Origin: Meyerozyma guilliermondii
Taxonomy: Eukaryota
Direction of reading: 5' to 3'
NCBI GenBank assembly: GCA_051546255.1
Contig: CP128817.1
Span: 62,001 to 126,000 of the forward strand
Length of the DNA stretch: 64,000 nt
Position 1 is the stretch's first letter; every line of letters begins with the position of its first letter. Shown piece by piece: positions 19,598 to 30,756 of this stretch. Made by a program: the position numbers and the translations under genes. The notes under the pieces were generated by a model. That model was not told where the DNA came from. It ran no database searches and worked only from the letters and a program-made list of their open reading frames with translations.

Positions 19598-22500
19598 ATG
19601 ATCAGTGCAAGTACGAACATCAACTATATGATTCGGCAACGAATATGGCGTCTTCAAGGCACCAGGCAACTTGCCACGAGTACTAGGACCACCAAGCGAG
19701 ATACCGAACAGCGATATAAACGCGAGAAGGTCTCAAACCAAACAAAACTTTCAAATGAACCCGCAGATACAACTAGAGAGATTTTAGATCAAACCAAAAG
19801 TACATATTATGATCCAGAAAACACCACTTTAAACTTAAACTTACGCAATAAAGAGCTACTTCGGCAGATCAGACAAGCCACAGAAGACAGAATGAAAAAA
19901 CGATACGAAATACCGTCTCTGAATTGGAGTGAATCATTGAAGAAACAGTTCAGCAAAAACTATTCCAAAAAGTTCACCGATCAGCTACAAAGGTGTTTGG
20001 ATAACGCTGCAATATCTCCAGACTCAATAACAAAGCCGCTAGGTGTTGGAGACTTGGTTACACTAAGTGACGATACTATGGAATTATACATAGTAGTTGC
20101 CCAGCCCGAGACAATTGGCTCGAATGCCTATACATTTATCAACAACGAAGGTGAAATAGTGTACGGGTCCAAGTTCATGATTCAAATGCGGTTTCCTGGA
20201 GTAATAGACAAGGAACTTGTGGAGACGCTCAAAACGTTCGTTCAGCTCGAACGCAAGTACGAAAATGTTGCGCCCATAGGAGTGTCTGATGCTTCGTTTT
20301 CTCGATCCGAAGAGTCTGCTCCACCGCTGATGAGGCAGGCTGGGGAAAAGAATACAAAAGAAGATGTAAGCGAGCCAGAAGACTCCGACCTCAACACTGA
20401 ATTTATCGTTGCTCTGGCGTCGTCACAATTGCTCACTAATTCAAATGTGAACACCTTTTTCGTGCCCACTTCAGCTCGTGAACTGTACTCGAAATCCCTT
20501 ACCAGCATATCTTTATCAGCATTTAACCAAGTGCCCCAGATTTCTCGGAGACTTGAGGTTTTGCATCGAGCTCTTCAGTATACGGAAGACGGTGATATCT
20601 TGGATTCTCCCAAGACTGTCTACATTTTTGACATGTTGAGGTACTTGCAACTATTTGATGAGATTGACGTACCACAAGAACCTATGGATACTTTCTGCCG
20701 TAGACTCAAGGCCTCAATTGACGAGAAACTTCACCAATTTGAAGAAGACACTTCTCATTTGGGAAAATTAGTACCAAAGATGAAAGATGTTGTGGACAGA
20801 CCTTTTCATGTTTCTACGTTTCTCGCTTCAATTATAGCTATGAGGACCCAGGGTCGTCTTTGGAAGGTGAACCAGCAAGGTTCAAGTAATCCTCCATTGA
20901 GTGTAACCGTCTTACCCTTGAAAGATGCACAACTTATTGAGTCTACGTTGGCTCTTCTCATGAGCAGCAATGGAGAAAGCGCATTTGCAGCTGATTTTGT
21001 GGGTGTAGTCAACGGTAAGAAGTCTATGAGTTCCAAGTTTTTGGGAGTAATTCAGCTTTTTCGAGACTATGTGGCTGGAAATTTCACCAATGATACTGCA
21101 ATCGAGGCAAAATTGGTCCTGGTGATTCGTTTAATTGACAAGCAGTTGCACCGCCGTGAAGATGATGTTCCTCTTTTATATGAATACTCGCGGGCTCGAT
21201 GCTACGAATTGCTACAGCAATATGAGTCCGTTGACAAAAGCTGGATCGAGAACCCGTCCGCATGGAATGCTTCGCTTTTGTCTTCAAGTCCAGGAATTCT
21301 GTTGAAATCAGACCTCAATTCTGACTTTTACAACTATCTAAGTGCGACTGCTTTAAATCAGCAAAGAGTTGAAGAAATTGAAGACACAGAGTTTCAAACG
21401 GAAGATCCGCTTGTGCTGCACCGTGAGTCCTTTGGACCCGTTCCCATCTACTGTATAGACTCGGAACATGCCCACGAAATTGACGACGGAATTGCAATCA
21501 CCAGCGATGAGAACAACTACAAGATTCTGGTTCATGTTGCCGATCCCACGTCGTATGTTCGGCTATTTTCCAACCTCAGCAACGTTGCATTTGAAAAAGG
21601 TACAACCACATATCTTCCTGAGGGCCCCATAATGATGCTTCCCAAGTTTGTTTCTGAAATTTGTGGTCTTGGGTCGACAAACGAAACAAGAACGTTTGTT
21701 GTAGAATTCGAGATTTCAAAGAGCCTTTTGCAAGAGTTTCGAAACCCGCAGAGCCACGGCGACCAAATACAAAGTGTGCTTGAAGCGGTCGCAAATCAGG
21801 TCAAGACCAGCTCCAATGTTCGATATTGCACCGCAACCAATTTCCCTCAAAAGTTTACATATTCCAAGGTGAACGAGGTGCTCAACTCGCCAACTTTAAG
21901 TGACGACACCAAAAGCTGTGAGCATGCCAAGAACTTGGTCAACTTGTACGATGTAGCCCGGCTCCTCCATAATGCTCGGGTATACACCGGAAACGCAATT
22001 GACACAGATATACCGAGGTCTTCAGTTCTGGTGAGTTATGCCCAAAAAGGCAAGCCAGGGCTTGTGGAGTCAGAACATGGATACGAAATGACGCTCCAGC
22101 ACACCCATGGCGATAAAGGGTACCCAGTCATTAGCATTGGAACAAATCCCGACCAAGCAGCAGACTCCAAGTCGCAGACTCTAGTTTCCAATTTGATGGT
22201 TGCAGCCAACACTGCCGCTTCCCAGTTTGCATCCAGTCATGGAATCGAGCTAGTTCATCGAGCGCAAGAAATCAGTTTGGAAAAGAGCGTCTTGGAACAG
22301 TTGCAAAATCTCACCAGAAGAAGATATGAAACAGCGACGCCATTGTCAGTCGAGGAAACGAGTCAAGTATTGTCGGTGCTAACGTCAGCCAAGTACAAAG
22401 TGGGAAGAGATCGGCATGAGGCGTTGGGAGTGGAAGGCTACGCCACAGTTACGTCTCCATTACGGAGGTACGTAGATATGGTCAACCACTGGAAATTCCA

Positions 22501-22885
22501 AGAGTATTTTTTGGGCAAGCCATTGTTACTGTTGGAACAACTACACTACATTTGCCATCATCTACAAGCCCGGGAACTCATTAATAAGCAGGTTCAAGTT
22601 GCTTCGAGCAAGTTTTGGGAGGGTATTTTTTTCCGGGAATATACGCGGGAACAGCGCCAGAAAATTAATTTCCAGCTATTACTACGAAGTCACCCCCAAT
22701 TTGGCGTTGTCCGCGTCAACGTGGTGGGGTTTAACAATCTTCGAGCCAAATTGGAACCGACACCAAACCTTATTCAAAAGTTTAAAGATGGCACATTTAC
22801 GGTGGGAAAGGTGGCTGAAGGACCATTTGAGATATCCAAACTCGATCTTATCGAAGATGAAGTGTGCTTCAGGTTGAGTGAGTAA
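19598..22885 (+). CDS. DSS1: Mitochondrial degradosome exoribonuclease (RNase II/RNB family); start may be 19628
   Basis: Arg-rich presequence, catalytic IDSEHAHEIDDGI, HVADP, TTYLPE, TSPLRRYVD. Confidence 0.85.
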   Translation: MISASTNINYMIRQRIWRLQGTRQLATSTRTTKRDTEQRYKREKVSNQTKLSNEPADTTREILDQTKSTYYDPENTTLNLNLRNKELLRQIRQATEDRMKKRYEIPSLNWSESLKKQFSKNYSKKFTDQLQRCLDNAAISPDSITKPLGVGDLVTLSDDTMELYIVVAQPETIGSNAYTFINNEGEIVYGSKFMIQMRFPGVIDKELVETLKTFVQLERKYENVAPIGVSDASFSRSEESAPPLMRQAGEKNTKEDVSEPEDSDLNTEFIVALASSQLLTNSNVNTFFVPTSARELYSKSLTSISLSAFNQVPQISRRLEVLHRALQYTEDGDILDSPKTVYIFDMLRYLQLFDEIDVPQEPMDTFCRRLKASIDEKLHQFEEDTSHLGKLVPKMKDVVDRPFHVSTFLASIIAMRTQGRLWKVNQQGSSNPPLSVTVLPLKDAQLIESTLALLMSSNGESAFAADFVGVVNGKKSMSSKFLGVIQLFRDYVAGNFTNDTAIEAKLVLVIRLIDKQLHRREDDVPLLYEYSRARCYELLQQYESVDKSWIENPSAWNASLLSSSPGILLKSDLNSDFYNYLSATALNQQRVEEIEDTEFQTEDPLVLHRESFGPVPIYCIDSEHAHEIDDGIAITSDENNYKILVHVADPTSYVRLFSNLSNVAFEKGTTTYLPEGPIMMLPKFVSEICGLGSTNETRTFVVEFEISKSLLQEFRNPQSHGDQIQSVLEAVANQVKTSSNVRYCTATNFPQKFTYSKVNEVLNSPTLSDDTKSCEHAKNLVNLYDVARLLHNARVYTGNAIDTDIPRSSVLVSYAQKGKPGLVESEHGYEMTLQHTHGDKGYPVISIGTNPDQAADSKSQTLVSNLMVAANTAASQFASSHGIELVHRAQEISLEKSVLEQLQNLTRRRYETATPLSVEETSQVLSVLTSAKYKVGRDRHEALGVEGYATVTSPLRRYVDMVNHWKFQEYFLGKPLLLLEQLHYICHHLQARELINKQVQVASSKFWEGIFFREYTREQRQKINFQLLLRSHPQFGVVRVNVVGFNNLRAKLEPTPNLIQKFKDGTFTVGKVAEGPFEISKLDLIEDEVCFRLSE

Positions 22886-23754
22886 AAGGGAACATTCCAC
22901 TTTGCGGTACCTTTTCTTTTTTGCATGTATATAGATAGGCTCGATTGCATATTTAACAATAGAGAGTAATTATAATTTTAGCGCAACGGTTGCGAGCATG
23001 GAAAATGAGTGAAGGGGTTATCGGAGATGAGTGGGGTGATATTTTCCAGGAGATAACGACGTTCGCAAGATGTTGTCCCTTCCTAATTTGATTATTATGA
23101 AATTGAGGCCAAGCTAAAAACGGCCAAAGTATTTTTTAGCTTGACGCGAAAGTGCATGAATTGACGTGAAAAGCATGCGTAATTATTATGGCCAAAACCC
23201 GCGTTATCCTGCTCGCAAATCAAGGGCAAACAAGTCCGTAATACGAAGGTACGGACCTCGCCCCCGCCAAGTGTTGGTGAAGTGTGGGCTCAAGTCCATT
23301 TACGGTAATCATTACTCCTTTTTATGCACGTCGTATTTTTGCATCTCGCGGTTTATGCACAACGTGCATGGGTACCCGTGCGGCCCTTAATCCGAGCCAG
23401 CCTTTCACGGCTTAGTACAAAAAAAGCTTCAACGAAGGTGGCACACAAACAAGACGTCAGAGGCTGAAAATGGATTAAGCTTTAAACAATGAACACTCCA
23501 GAAAATTAGACTGCAACAATAGCTGACCATATTTCATCAGTGGTAACTTTTCGCGATTTCAACGGATATGATGTTGCGCAGTCCCAAATGGGCCGATTTC
23601 GGGCGGTACGCCCCACCGACTGCGTCACAACGTTTTTGCCATGGCTGGTTTGGTTGCGAATTCGTTAACACGAAAATAAATGCAGATCGGACAATATATA
23701 TATCTGCGGATTTAGGGCAGCCCCGTACATTGTAAACCTTCACTCGCTTCAACT

Positions 23755-24981
23755 ATGGTTTCATTGTTTTCGAAGACTGTTGCAGTCGCCGCTTTAATTG
23801 GAGGTTCCGTGGCTAAGGATGTTGCCTGTGCCGTTGGAGGTGTTCAACAGTCCATTGTTGACTTGGACACTGGGTCCTGTAGCTTTAACATTCCTGCCTC
23901 CCAGCCTGCTATCTGGGAATACTCGTCTCCAGAGGACTATACTGCTGAGTTTTACTTCGCCGTAGTTGACACGGTAAGATACTTCACCGACATCACTGGT
24001 GCTGGCCGCAGCATCGTGATTCCTGCCAGATTCTTATATGGCCTTGGAGACTTCCCGCTCTTCCAGATCTTCTCGCAGCAAAACTCTCCCTCAAACAGTA
24101 CCGGAGCTTTGCGCAAGAGATTCGCAGCCATTCCTACTCTTGACCAAAGAGATGAGGAAAGCGACTTGGTTGCGCACTTGAAGACTCTCGAGGGAACCGA
24201 AATTCCAAGCTTGGCTTTCGCTGTTGTGGACCCTGCTGTAGCTTCAAGCAGCGGCACTGAAGCTACCACCACTTCTGGAGCCACTTCTACTGAGACCAAC
24301 ACTTCCACTGACATTGTCACCATCACCTCGTGCTCCGACAACGTATGCCACGAGACCACCGTTCCTGCTCCTACTGTTACCGTGGAGTCCACCACCATCG
24401 TCACCATCACCTCGTGTAGCGAGAACAAATGTTCCAAGACCGCAGTTCCTGCTACTTTGGGTGAAACCACCGCTACTGTTGGCGGAGAAGTCACTTCTTA
24501 CACCACCTGGTGCCCAGTTTCCGAGAGTGAAAAGACTAAATGGGTCACTGTCACTTCATGCCACGAAGACAAGTGCCACTCCACCGTTGCCCCTGCCACT
24601 CACGGATGGACCACCACCGAAATTGAGGGCACCGTCACCTCGTATGTCACCTGGTGTCCAGTCACCGAGACTGCTCCAACAGGCACAGCCACCAAAGCTG
24701 CCACTACCGGAACAGTCACTAAGGCTACCCAGGCTGCTTCTACCGGCAAAGTTACCGTTGTTCTGACCGCACCTGGTGGAGAGGTCGTCACCATTGTCAC
24801 CAAGGCCCCAACTGTAGCCGGTCAATCTACCGGTGTTGCCACCAAGGCACCAACCGTTGCTGGCCAGTCCACCTCCGCTGCCACCACCGCAGCTTCCGTT
24901 TCCACGTTCGAGGCTTCTGGAAGCTTCATCGGAGCCTCGTTGCTTTCCGTGTTGTTGATGCCCTTGTTGGCTTTGATTTAG
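23755..24981 (+). CDS. YWP1: Ywp1-like GPI cell wall protein, paralog 1
   Basis: Signal peptide, DVAC...VDLDTGSC N-terminal domain as in C. albicans Ywp1, NST sequon before RKR, Cys-containing TITSCxxNxC repeats, hydrophobic GPI tail. Confidence 0.8.
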   Translation: MVSLFSKTVAVAALIGGSVAKDVACAVGGVQQSIVDLDTGSCSFNIPASQPAIWEYSSPEDYTAEFYFAVVDTVRYFTDITGAGRSIVIPARFLYGLGDFPLFQIFSQQNSPSNSTGALRKRFAAIPTLDQRDEESDLVAHLKTLEGTEIPSLAFAVVDPAVASSSGTEATTTSGATSTETNTSTDIVTITSCSDNVCHETTVPAPTVTVESTTIVTITSCSENKCSKTAVPATLGETTATVGGEVTSYTTWCPVSESEKTKWVTVTSCHEDKCHSTVAPATHGWTTTEIEGTVTSYVTWCPVTETAPTGTATKAATTGTVTKATQAASTGKVTVVLTAPGGEVVTIVTKAPTVAGQSTGVATKAPTVAGQSTSAATTAASVSTFEASGSFIGASLLSVLLMPLLALI

Positions 24982-25714
24982 GTTCGGTTGATCCTGTACA
25001 ATTTTCATTTCGGTTATGATATCATTCTTCTAAAAGTCCTTTCCTAGCTACGGCTTAATTTCCTAGGCATTGTCTCTTCGGTTCCGGTTTTACTTTTACG
25101 TTCTAATACATATATACCCAGAAGTTGTAGAAGCAAAATAGTAAGTTCGCATTCGCATTTCGCATTTCGCAGCCACCGTGGTGCTGCGGCCTGCCAAGTC
25201 CGACTACGGTTTTGGCGCGAAGCCCACGTGAACCAAGACGAGGAACGCTTCTGAGGAAGGAGTCAAACGCGGATGAATTTCCCCCGGAAACAAACAAACT
25301 TTGACTCCGAAACCGGAGGTAAACAAATAAATAAACAAATCTCATCGGCCACAATGGTCCGTAACCGATGCACAACGTTCCTAATAATGGCCCTTATTAC
25401 TTCTGGAATTCATCTCGTGCTTCCCCTTTAACAATGGCCTGACACCGCACTACTGCAAAATTTCAGGTACAATTTCTCGTCAATCGCCCGTTCGGCGCGC
25501 TAAAACGCGAAAACAAGGGGGACTCGCGCACCCAGTGCGGCGGCGTGCCGAGAGATTTCGCGTTGTGCAGCAATTTGCAGCCAACCGGCGCATCTGTTTC
25601 ATCGGTCGGTATTTAATGCGGTGGCGGCGTCCTCAACCCTCAGTTTTTCTCACCTAGTCATTCTTTACTACTAGCGTTTTTGCACACTTTCTTTAAAACC
25701 AGCAAAAATTCAAA

Positions 25715-27112
25715 ATGAGATTTTCTTCCGTGGTGGCCCTCGCTACCTCTGCTGCTGTTGCCGCCGCTAAAGATGTGGCCTGTGTTGTTGATGGTACTGC
25801 CGTTTCTACCGTCGACCTCGACACTGGTGACTGTCAATTCCCAATTCCTGACTCGTTGCCAGTCAGCTTTGAGTACACTTCTCCTGAAGAGTACAAGACT
25901 GACTTCTACTACACCATTGCTCAAAACTTTAGATACTTCAACGACATTGTCAATGCCGGCCGTATCATCTCCGTGCCTGCCAAATCTTTGTACGGTTCTG
26001 ACGCGGCTCCTTTGTACCACGTCCACGCCGAGAAGTCCCCAGCTTCCAACTCTACCTTGAAGAGAAGACTCGATGCCTACAAGAGAGATGGAGCCTCCGA
26101 TTTGGCTGACTCGTTGAAGACTTTGGACGGTACTCCAGTCGATGGTCACAAGTTCCAGGTGCTTGACATTTCCTCCGCCTCTGGTTCTAGCGTGACTGCT
26201 GCTCCTGCCACCTCCACCGCTACTGAAACTAACACTCTTATTGTTACCATCACTTCTTGTTCCGACAACAAGTGTTCTGAGACTGTTGTTCCAGGTAAGG
26301 AGACCGTTACCACCGTCACTGTCAATGACGAGGTCACTTCTTACACCACCGTTTGTCCTCTTACCGAGGAGGCTACTTCCACCAAAATTGTGACCATCAC
26401 CTCTTGTAACGAGGACAAGTGTGTCGAGACCGCCGTTCCAGGTAAGGAAACTCTCACCACTGTCACCGTCAATGGTGAAGTCACCTCTTACACTACCGTC
26501 TGCCCACTCACCGAGGAGGGTACCAGCACCGAAGTTGAAGGTACTAGCACCGTCTTTGTTACCGTGACTTCTTGTGCCGACAACAAGTGCTCTGAAACCG
26601 TTGTTCCAGGTAAGGAAACCCTTACCACCGTCACTATTAACGGCGAGGTTACCGCTTACACCACTGTGTGCCCGGTTTCTGAGGAGAAGGAGAGCACTGT
26701 CTACGTTACCGTCACCTCTTGTGAAGGCAACAAGTGTGCTACCTCCATCATCCCGTCCACCGTGGCCCCAGTGACCGTCCCAACCGGTTTCACCAACAGC
26801 TCCACCCCAGCCACTGCTGCTCCAGCTACTGAGACTCCAACTACTTTGGCTCCTGCCACCGTTGCCCCAAGCACCGGTGCTCCAGCCACTAAGGCTCCAG
26901 CTACCTCAGCTCCAGGTACCTCTGCTCCAGCCACCAAGGCTCCTGCCACTGAGGCTCCTGAACAGGACACCACTTCTACCGTCATTGCTACCGTTCACCA
27001 AAGCTCTGCCGCTGCTGAAGCCTCCTCAGTTTCCACCTACGAGGCTGCCGCTGCTGGTATGTCCAAGTCTTTCTTGGCTTTGGCCTTGATTCCATTGGTT
27101 GGACTCTTCTAA
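25715..27112 (+). CDS. YWP1: Ywp1-like GPI cell wall protein, paralog 2
   Basis: Same architecture: DVACVVDG...VDLDTGDC, NST-LKRR...KRD, about four TSCxxxKC/YTTVCP repeats, APAT repeats, GPI tail. Confidence 0.82.
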   Translation: MRFSSVVALATSAAVAAAKDVACVVDGTAVSTVDLDTGDCQFPIPDSLPVSFEYTSPEEYKTDFYYTIAQNFRYFNDIVNAGRIISVPAKSLYGSDAAPLYHVHAEKSPASNSTLKRRLDAYKRDGASDLADSLKTLDGTPVDGHKFQVLDISSASGSSVTAAPATSTATETNTLIVTITSCSDNKCSETVVPGKETVTTVTVNDEVTSYTTVCPLTEEATSTKIVTITSCNEDKCVETAVPGKETLTTVTVNGEVTSYTTVCPLTEEGTSTEVEGTSTVFVTVTSCADNKCSETVVPGKETLTTVTINGEVTAYTTVCPVSEEKESTVYVTVTSCEGNKCATSIIPSTVAPVTVPTGFTNSSTPATAAPATETPTTLAPATVAPSTGAPATKAPATSAPGTSAPATKAPATEAPEQDTTSTVIATVHQSSAAAEASSVSTYEAAAAGMSKSFLALALIPLVGLF

Positions 27113-27284
27113 TTTTGATACCTTTATGATAGATTCTTCGCTCCTACAACATTAGTGAGCAACTATGTTATTCTATGCCACCTTCAGTAGGCTTGATTTC
27201 ATATCCTTACAGGATTTACAATGTACTATATTCATTGTACCATAAAACAATTTATTTCGAATACACTTAGACTTTGTACTCCAT

Positions 27285-30200
27285 CTAGTAAACTTCTAAA
27301 ATGTAACGTCCTTCTTCCTTCAACTCCTCAACAACCTTGGCCACTTCCTTGACTTCTGTTCCATTCTTGCGGGCTCCGTTCGTCACAATGTCTTGAAGAC
27401 AAGCGGTGATATCAGGAACTGGCCATGTTGGACCACACAAATAAAACGAACCATTTTTCTCAACAAACGCTTCGGTAAGTGGCTCAATTGATTCTCTAAT
27501 TTTGTCTTGAATGTAGATTTTTTGAGGTTGATCTCTCGAGAAAGCAGCTCCAATATGGGTCAACACTCCAGCATCTTTATATGCCTCCCAAAGTTCACCG
27601 TAAAGATATTCTTCTTTCTTGTGGCGAGATCCCATGTACAAGTAAATTTCACCAATTTCCATACCTTGCTGCTTTTGCCAGATTTTTTCTTCAATAAATG
27701 CCTTGAATGGAGCAAGTCCAGTACCCAAACCGGACATGATGATAGGCTGAGTGGACAAAGGTGGTAACTTCATAACCGAAGGTTTAACACTAACCACCAA
27801 TTCGTCTCCAATTTTCAAATCTGACAAGTATTTGGAAGCATGTCCATATCTCAAACGGCCCTTAGGATCAACCCAGTCGACAACCACAATTAACAAATGA
27901 ACTGCGTTGGGATGAAGCTTTTGCGACGAGGCAATGGAGTATTCTCTTCTCTTCAAAGGAGGAATGATTCTCACCAACTCCGAGAATGATGGTCTTGCCG
28001 AGGGAAATTCTTCAAGAATATCCACAAAGGTATCGAAATCGACATCCTGTCTTTTCTTCAACTCTTCAGCACCCTCAGAACTTGCCAATTTCTCCAAGTG
28101 GGCTTTTTCCTTCTCGTTGGTAGCATGCTCTGCCAATGCCTCATAGAAACGCTTGGGAGGCTTTCCTAAGAAATCAACGTTGTCGTATAACGCCTGTCTA
28201 GCTGAGCGAACTTCAAGAACCGAGGCATTCTCCTTGCTTGTGACTTGCACGATAGAATCACCATCAACGCCATAAAACTCAAGGAACTTTTCAACGGCTT
28301 CAGAATTGTTTCTGCCGTGAATTCCCAACGCTTCACCGATATCATAGGTCAACCCAGTACCACTAATGTCAAATTCAATGTGGAAAATATTTCTCGAGTA
28401 CTCAGCAGGAGTCAATCTTCTGTTCTCCTGGACCTTGACCACGAAATTCTTGACAGGCAAGTCAGGACGAAGATCGGTCTTCACATCGTAAGCTTCAGCA
28501 AAAGTGAACTTTTTAGCCAAATCCGAAGCGGTACCGTCAACAGTTTCCTCAGCGTCTTCAGTGACAATGCGTGGGTTAGGAAAGAAGGACGATTCAGTAG
28601 GGAAAAATGGAAGCTGTTCAGGCTCTTCTTTTTGTTCTTCCTCCTTTTCTTTTTGTTCCTCCTCCTTTTCAGCGACTTCATCTTGTAAGTTGCCCCATTC
28701 CTTGGCAACTTCAACTGGCTTCAAGCCTTGCTTCTCATCGACCGTAGCAATAAATTTGTCAAGCACAGCAGCCAACAATTCGAAACTGTTACCATTTGCT
28801 TGCAAAAGCTTGTTGACAATGAACCCATTCAATTCTGGATATGCGGATCGCCAGAAACCAACCTGGGTCAAGAAGTCCTCAGAGAATCCCTTTGTTGAGT
28901 CACTGATCTGATCAAGATCGTCCACAATCGAGAAGTCTATCAAAACCAACTTGTTGTGGTTCTTTGCCAAACCACGCTTGAAACCGGTTGGAAGTTTAGG
29001 AACCACATCTTCCTCAATAGAGGTCTTGATAGGTTTCTTGTTACCAAGTAAAATGGTAGCACCAGGCTTTGCCGTGGCCAAAACATCGTAGTTGGCAAGA
29101 ACAGAAACATCTTCGACCAAAATTACATCGGCAGAATCCACGGTAGAGGCTCCAACAACCTTGGGAGCACAAGTAATCTGGGCCTGGAACAAGCCACCAC
29201 CACGGGAATTGTCAAATTTATTTCTGATCAACACCTTTTTCTTCTCATCCAAAGATAACGACAAGGCAACCTTGTTAGAAACTTCGACAAACGTTCCATT
29301 GTCGTGTCCCCATACCAAGTACTTTCCTTCTGGAGAAGTATTGGCAGTAATGTTTTCGTCTTTAAAGTAATCTGGCTCAACCAAAGCAGCAGCTGGGTTC
29401 CATGAAGAATCATATTCAGCAAAAAGCTTGGCAATTGTGACTGGACTCCAAACAAAATCTAAAGGATATGAAAATCCGTCCACAGCCAAAGTGTGATAAC
29501 GACCACTCAAAAACAAAGCCGAAGTCACATCAGCTTTCAACGAAGTAGACACATTCTTGGAGACGTTGTGTTGACTCAAAACCACCAACTTTTTAGTTGA
29601 CGAAGGAACCACAGATGCAAATTTGGCTGCGTTGAAAGGTAAAGGTACCCTGACTTTGATGAGACCAATCTTTGCAATGTTTCCAACACGGTCCACAACG
29701 GAGGAGAGCTGAGTAGCTTCGTGTGCACCGTACACGACGTATACCACGTTTGGGGAGATGGAACCGGAGTACTCGAATTGGGAGTAGGAAGTGCCTGCGA
29801 TGGTATTCAATCTGTCCAAAGCGTAACCAACAAGATCCGAGGATTCGGCATTTGCACCTGCCAACAAGTTTTGGTAGAGAGAGCCCAAATCAGAGTACGG
29901 CAACAAGCCATCGAATCTGGTAAAAGTCTTGGAAAATTCAGGTCCATCGGCCAATAAAATCGATGGGTTTCCAGACATCGCGGCGATAAAGTGGTTCAAT
30001 ACTGTCAAATGTTGCAATTCCAAACCATTGGTTGAGTCCACAGGACTGATAACTGGGTACTCCAACGACCGGGCCACAGACAAGGCGCTAATATAATTGG
30101 ATACAAGCGAATTGGTCTGTTCATCGTAATCAATGGCACTCACATTGAGAGACAATGGAAGGTCACCAGACCTCGAAGTGGTCAAAGTTGGTCTCATGTA

Positions 30201-30608
30201 CACCAAAGCATTGGCAGGAACAACCGTAGACAATGGTTGACCCGAGGTTCCATTTTTACTGTAGTATCCCAAAATAGCATTCGCAGCTCCAGATCTAACC
30301 TGGAACTTGTGGAAAAAAGGAACCACTCCAAAAGCATTCTGACGACCATAATGTTGGGACCAAAGCTGCAAATGGGCATCCAACAAGTTTTCCGCACCTG
30401 GTGCCTCGTAACTGAAAATCTTGCTACTAATGGCATACAAACTCTGATTTATGATTGTCGATGCAGACAAATAACTCGAGTTTTGCACCAGAGATGGATC
30501 GGCCACGGCACCAAAAGGATTGCTCTTGACTGTCGCGAACGAGGAGCTCACAGAAACCTTGCTTCCATGCTCACTGGATGCACTCGAAGCGAGGGCATGG
30601 GGACTCAT
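27285..30608 (-). CDS. MET10: Sulfite reductase flavoprotein (alpha) subunit
   Basis: PFOR-like N-terminus plus FNR module: RREYSIASS, GLGTGLAPF, AFSRDQ, YLCGP, EGRYILEVY. Confidence 0.95.
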   Translation of the reverse strand: MSPHALASSASSEHGSKVSVSSSFATVKSNPFGAVADPSLVQNSSYLSASTIINQSLYAISSKIFSYEAPGAENLLDAHLQLWSQHYGRQNAFGVVPFFHKFQVRSGAANAILGYYSKNGTSGQPLSTVVPANALVYMRPTLTTSRSGDLPLSLNVSAIDYDEQTNSLVSNYISALSVARSLEYPVISPVDSTNGLELQHLTVLNHFIAAMSGNPSILLADGPEFSKTFTRFDGLLPYSDLGSLYQNLLAGANAESSDLVGYALDRLNTIAGTSYSQFEYSGSISPNVVYVVYGAHEATQLSSVVDRVGNIAKIGLIKVRVPLPFNAAKFASVVPSSTKKLVVLSQHNVSKNVSTSLKADVTSALFLSGRYHTLAVDGFSYPLDFVWSPVTIAKLFAEYDSSWNPAAALVEPDYFKDENITANTSPEGKYLVWGHDNGTFVEVSNKVALSLSLDEKKKVLIRNKFDNSRGGGLFQAQITCAPKVVGASTVDSADVILVEDVSVLANYDVLATAKPGATILLGNKKPIKTSIEEDVVPKLPTGFKRGLAKNHNKLVLIDFSIVDDLDQISDSTKGFSEDFLTQVGFWRSAYPELNGFIVNKLLQANGNSFELLAAVLDKFIATVDEKQGLKPVEVAKEWGNLQDEVAEKEEEQKEKEEEQKEEPEQLPFFPTESSFFPNPRIVTEDAEETVDGTASDLAKKFTFAEAYDVKTDLRPDLPVKNFVVKVQENRRLTPAEYSRNIFHIEFDISGTGLTYDIGEALGIHGRNNSEAVEKFLEFYGVDGDSIVQVTSKENASVLEVRSARQALYDNVDFLGKPPKRFYEALAEHATNEKEKAHLEKLASSEGAEELKKRQDVDFDTFVDILEEFPSARPSFSELVRIIPPLKRREYSIASSQKLHPNAVHLLIVVVDWVDPKGRLRYGHASKYLSDLKIGDELVVSVKPSVMKLPPLSTQPIIMSGLGTGLAPFKAFIEEKIWQKQQGMEIGEIYLYMGSRHKKEEYLYGELWEAYKDAGVLTHIGAAFSRDQPQKIYIQDKIRESIEPLTEAFVEKNGSFYLCGPTWPVPDITACLQDIVTNGARKNGTEVKEVAKVVEELKEEGRYILEVY

Positions 30609-30660
30609 GTTGTAGTTGAAGAGATAGAAATTGGCTGTGAAAAATAATCGTTATCAATTT

Positions 30661-30728
30661 TCACGTGACATGAGATGATTCCCGCTTATGTAACCGATCC
30701 GGATCTTATGTCAAGGTTGTACTGTGGC
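30661..30728. promoter_or_regulatory. Cbf1 site and Met31/32-like site in the MET10/DLD1 divergent promoter
   Basis: TCACGTGA at 30661-30668 and ACTGTGGC at 30721-30728, the standard sulfur-regulon pair. Confidence 0.7.
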
Positions 30729-30756
30729 TGATGTCACCATCTCTTTTTCATCCATT

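Noticed and set aside
22886..25714. tRNA, snoRNA or LTR in the long intergenic regions around the YWP1 paralogs (also checked 33.9-34.5, 52.2-52.6, 56.5-56.9 and 58.1-58.5 kb)
   Set aside because: No A/B-box cloverleaf, paired C/D boxes or TG..CA repeat was visible by eye; a tRNAscan-SE and Infernal run would be needed to exclude them.
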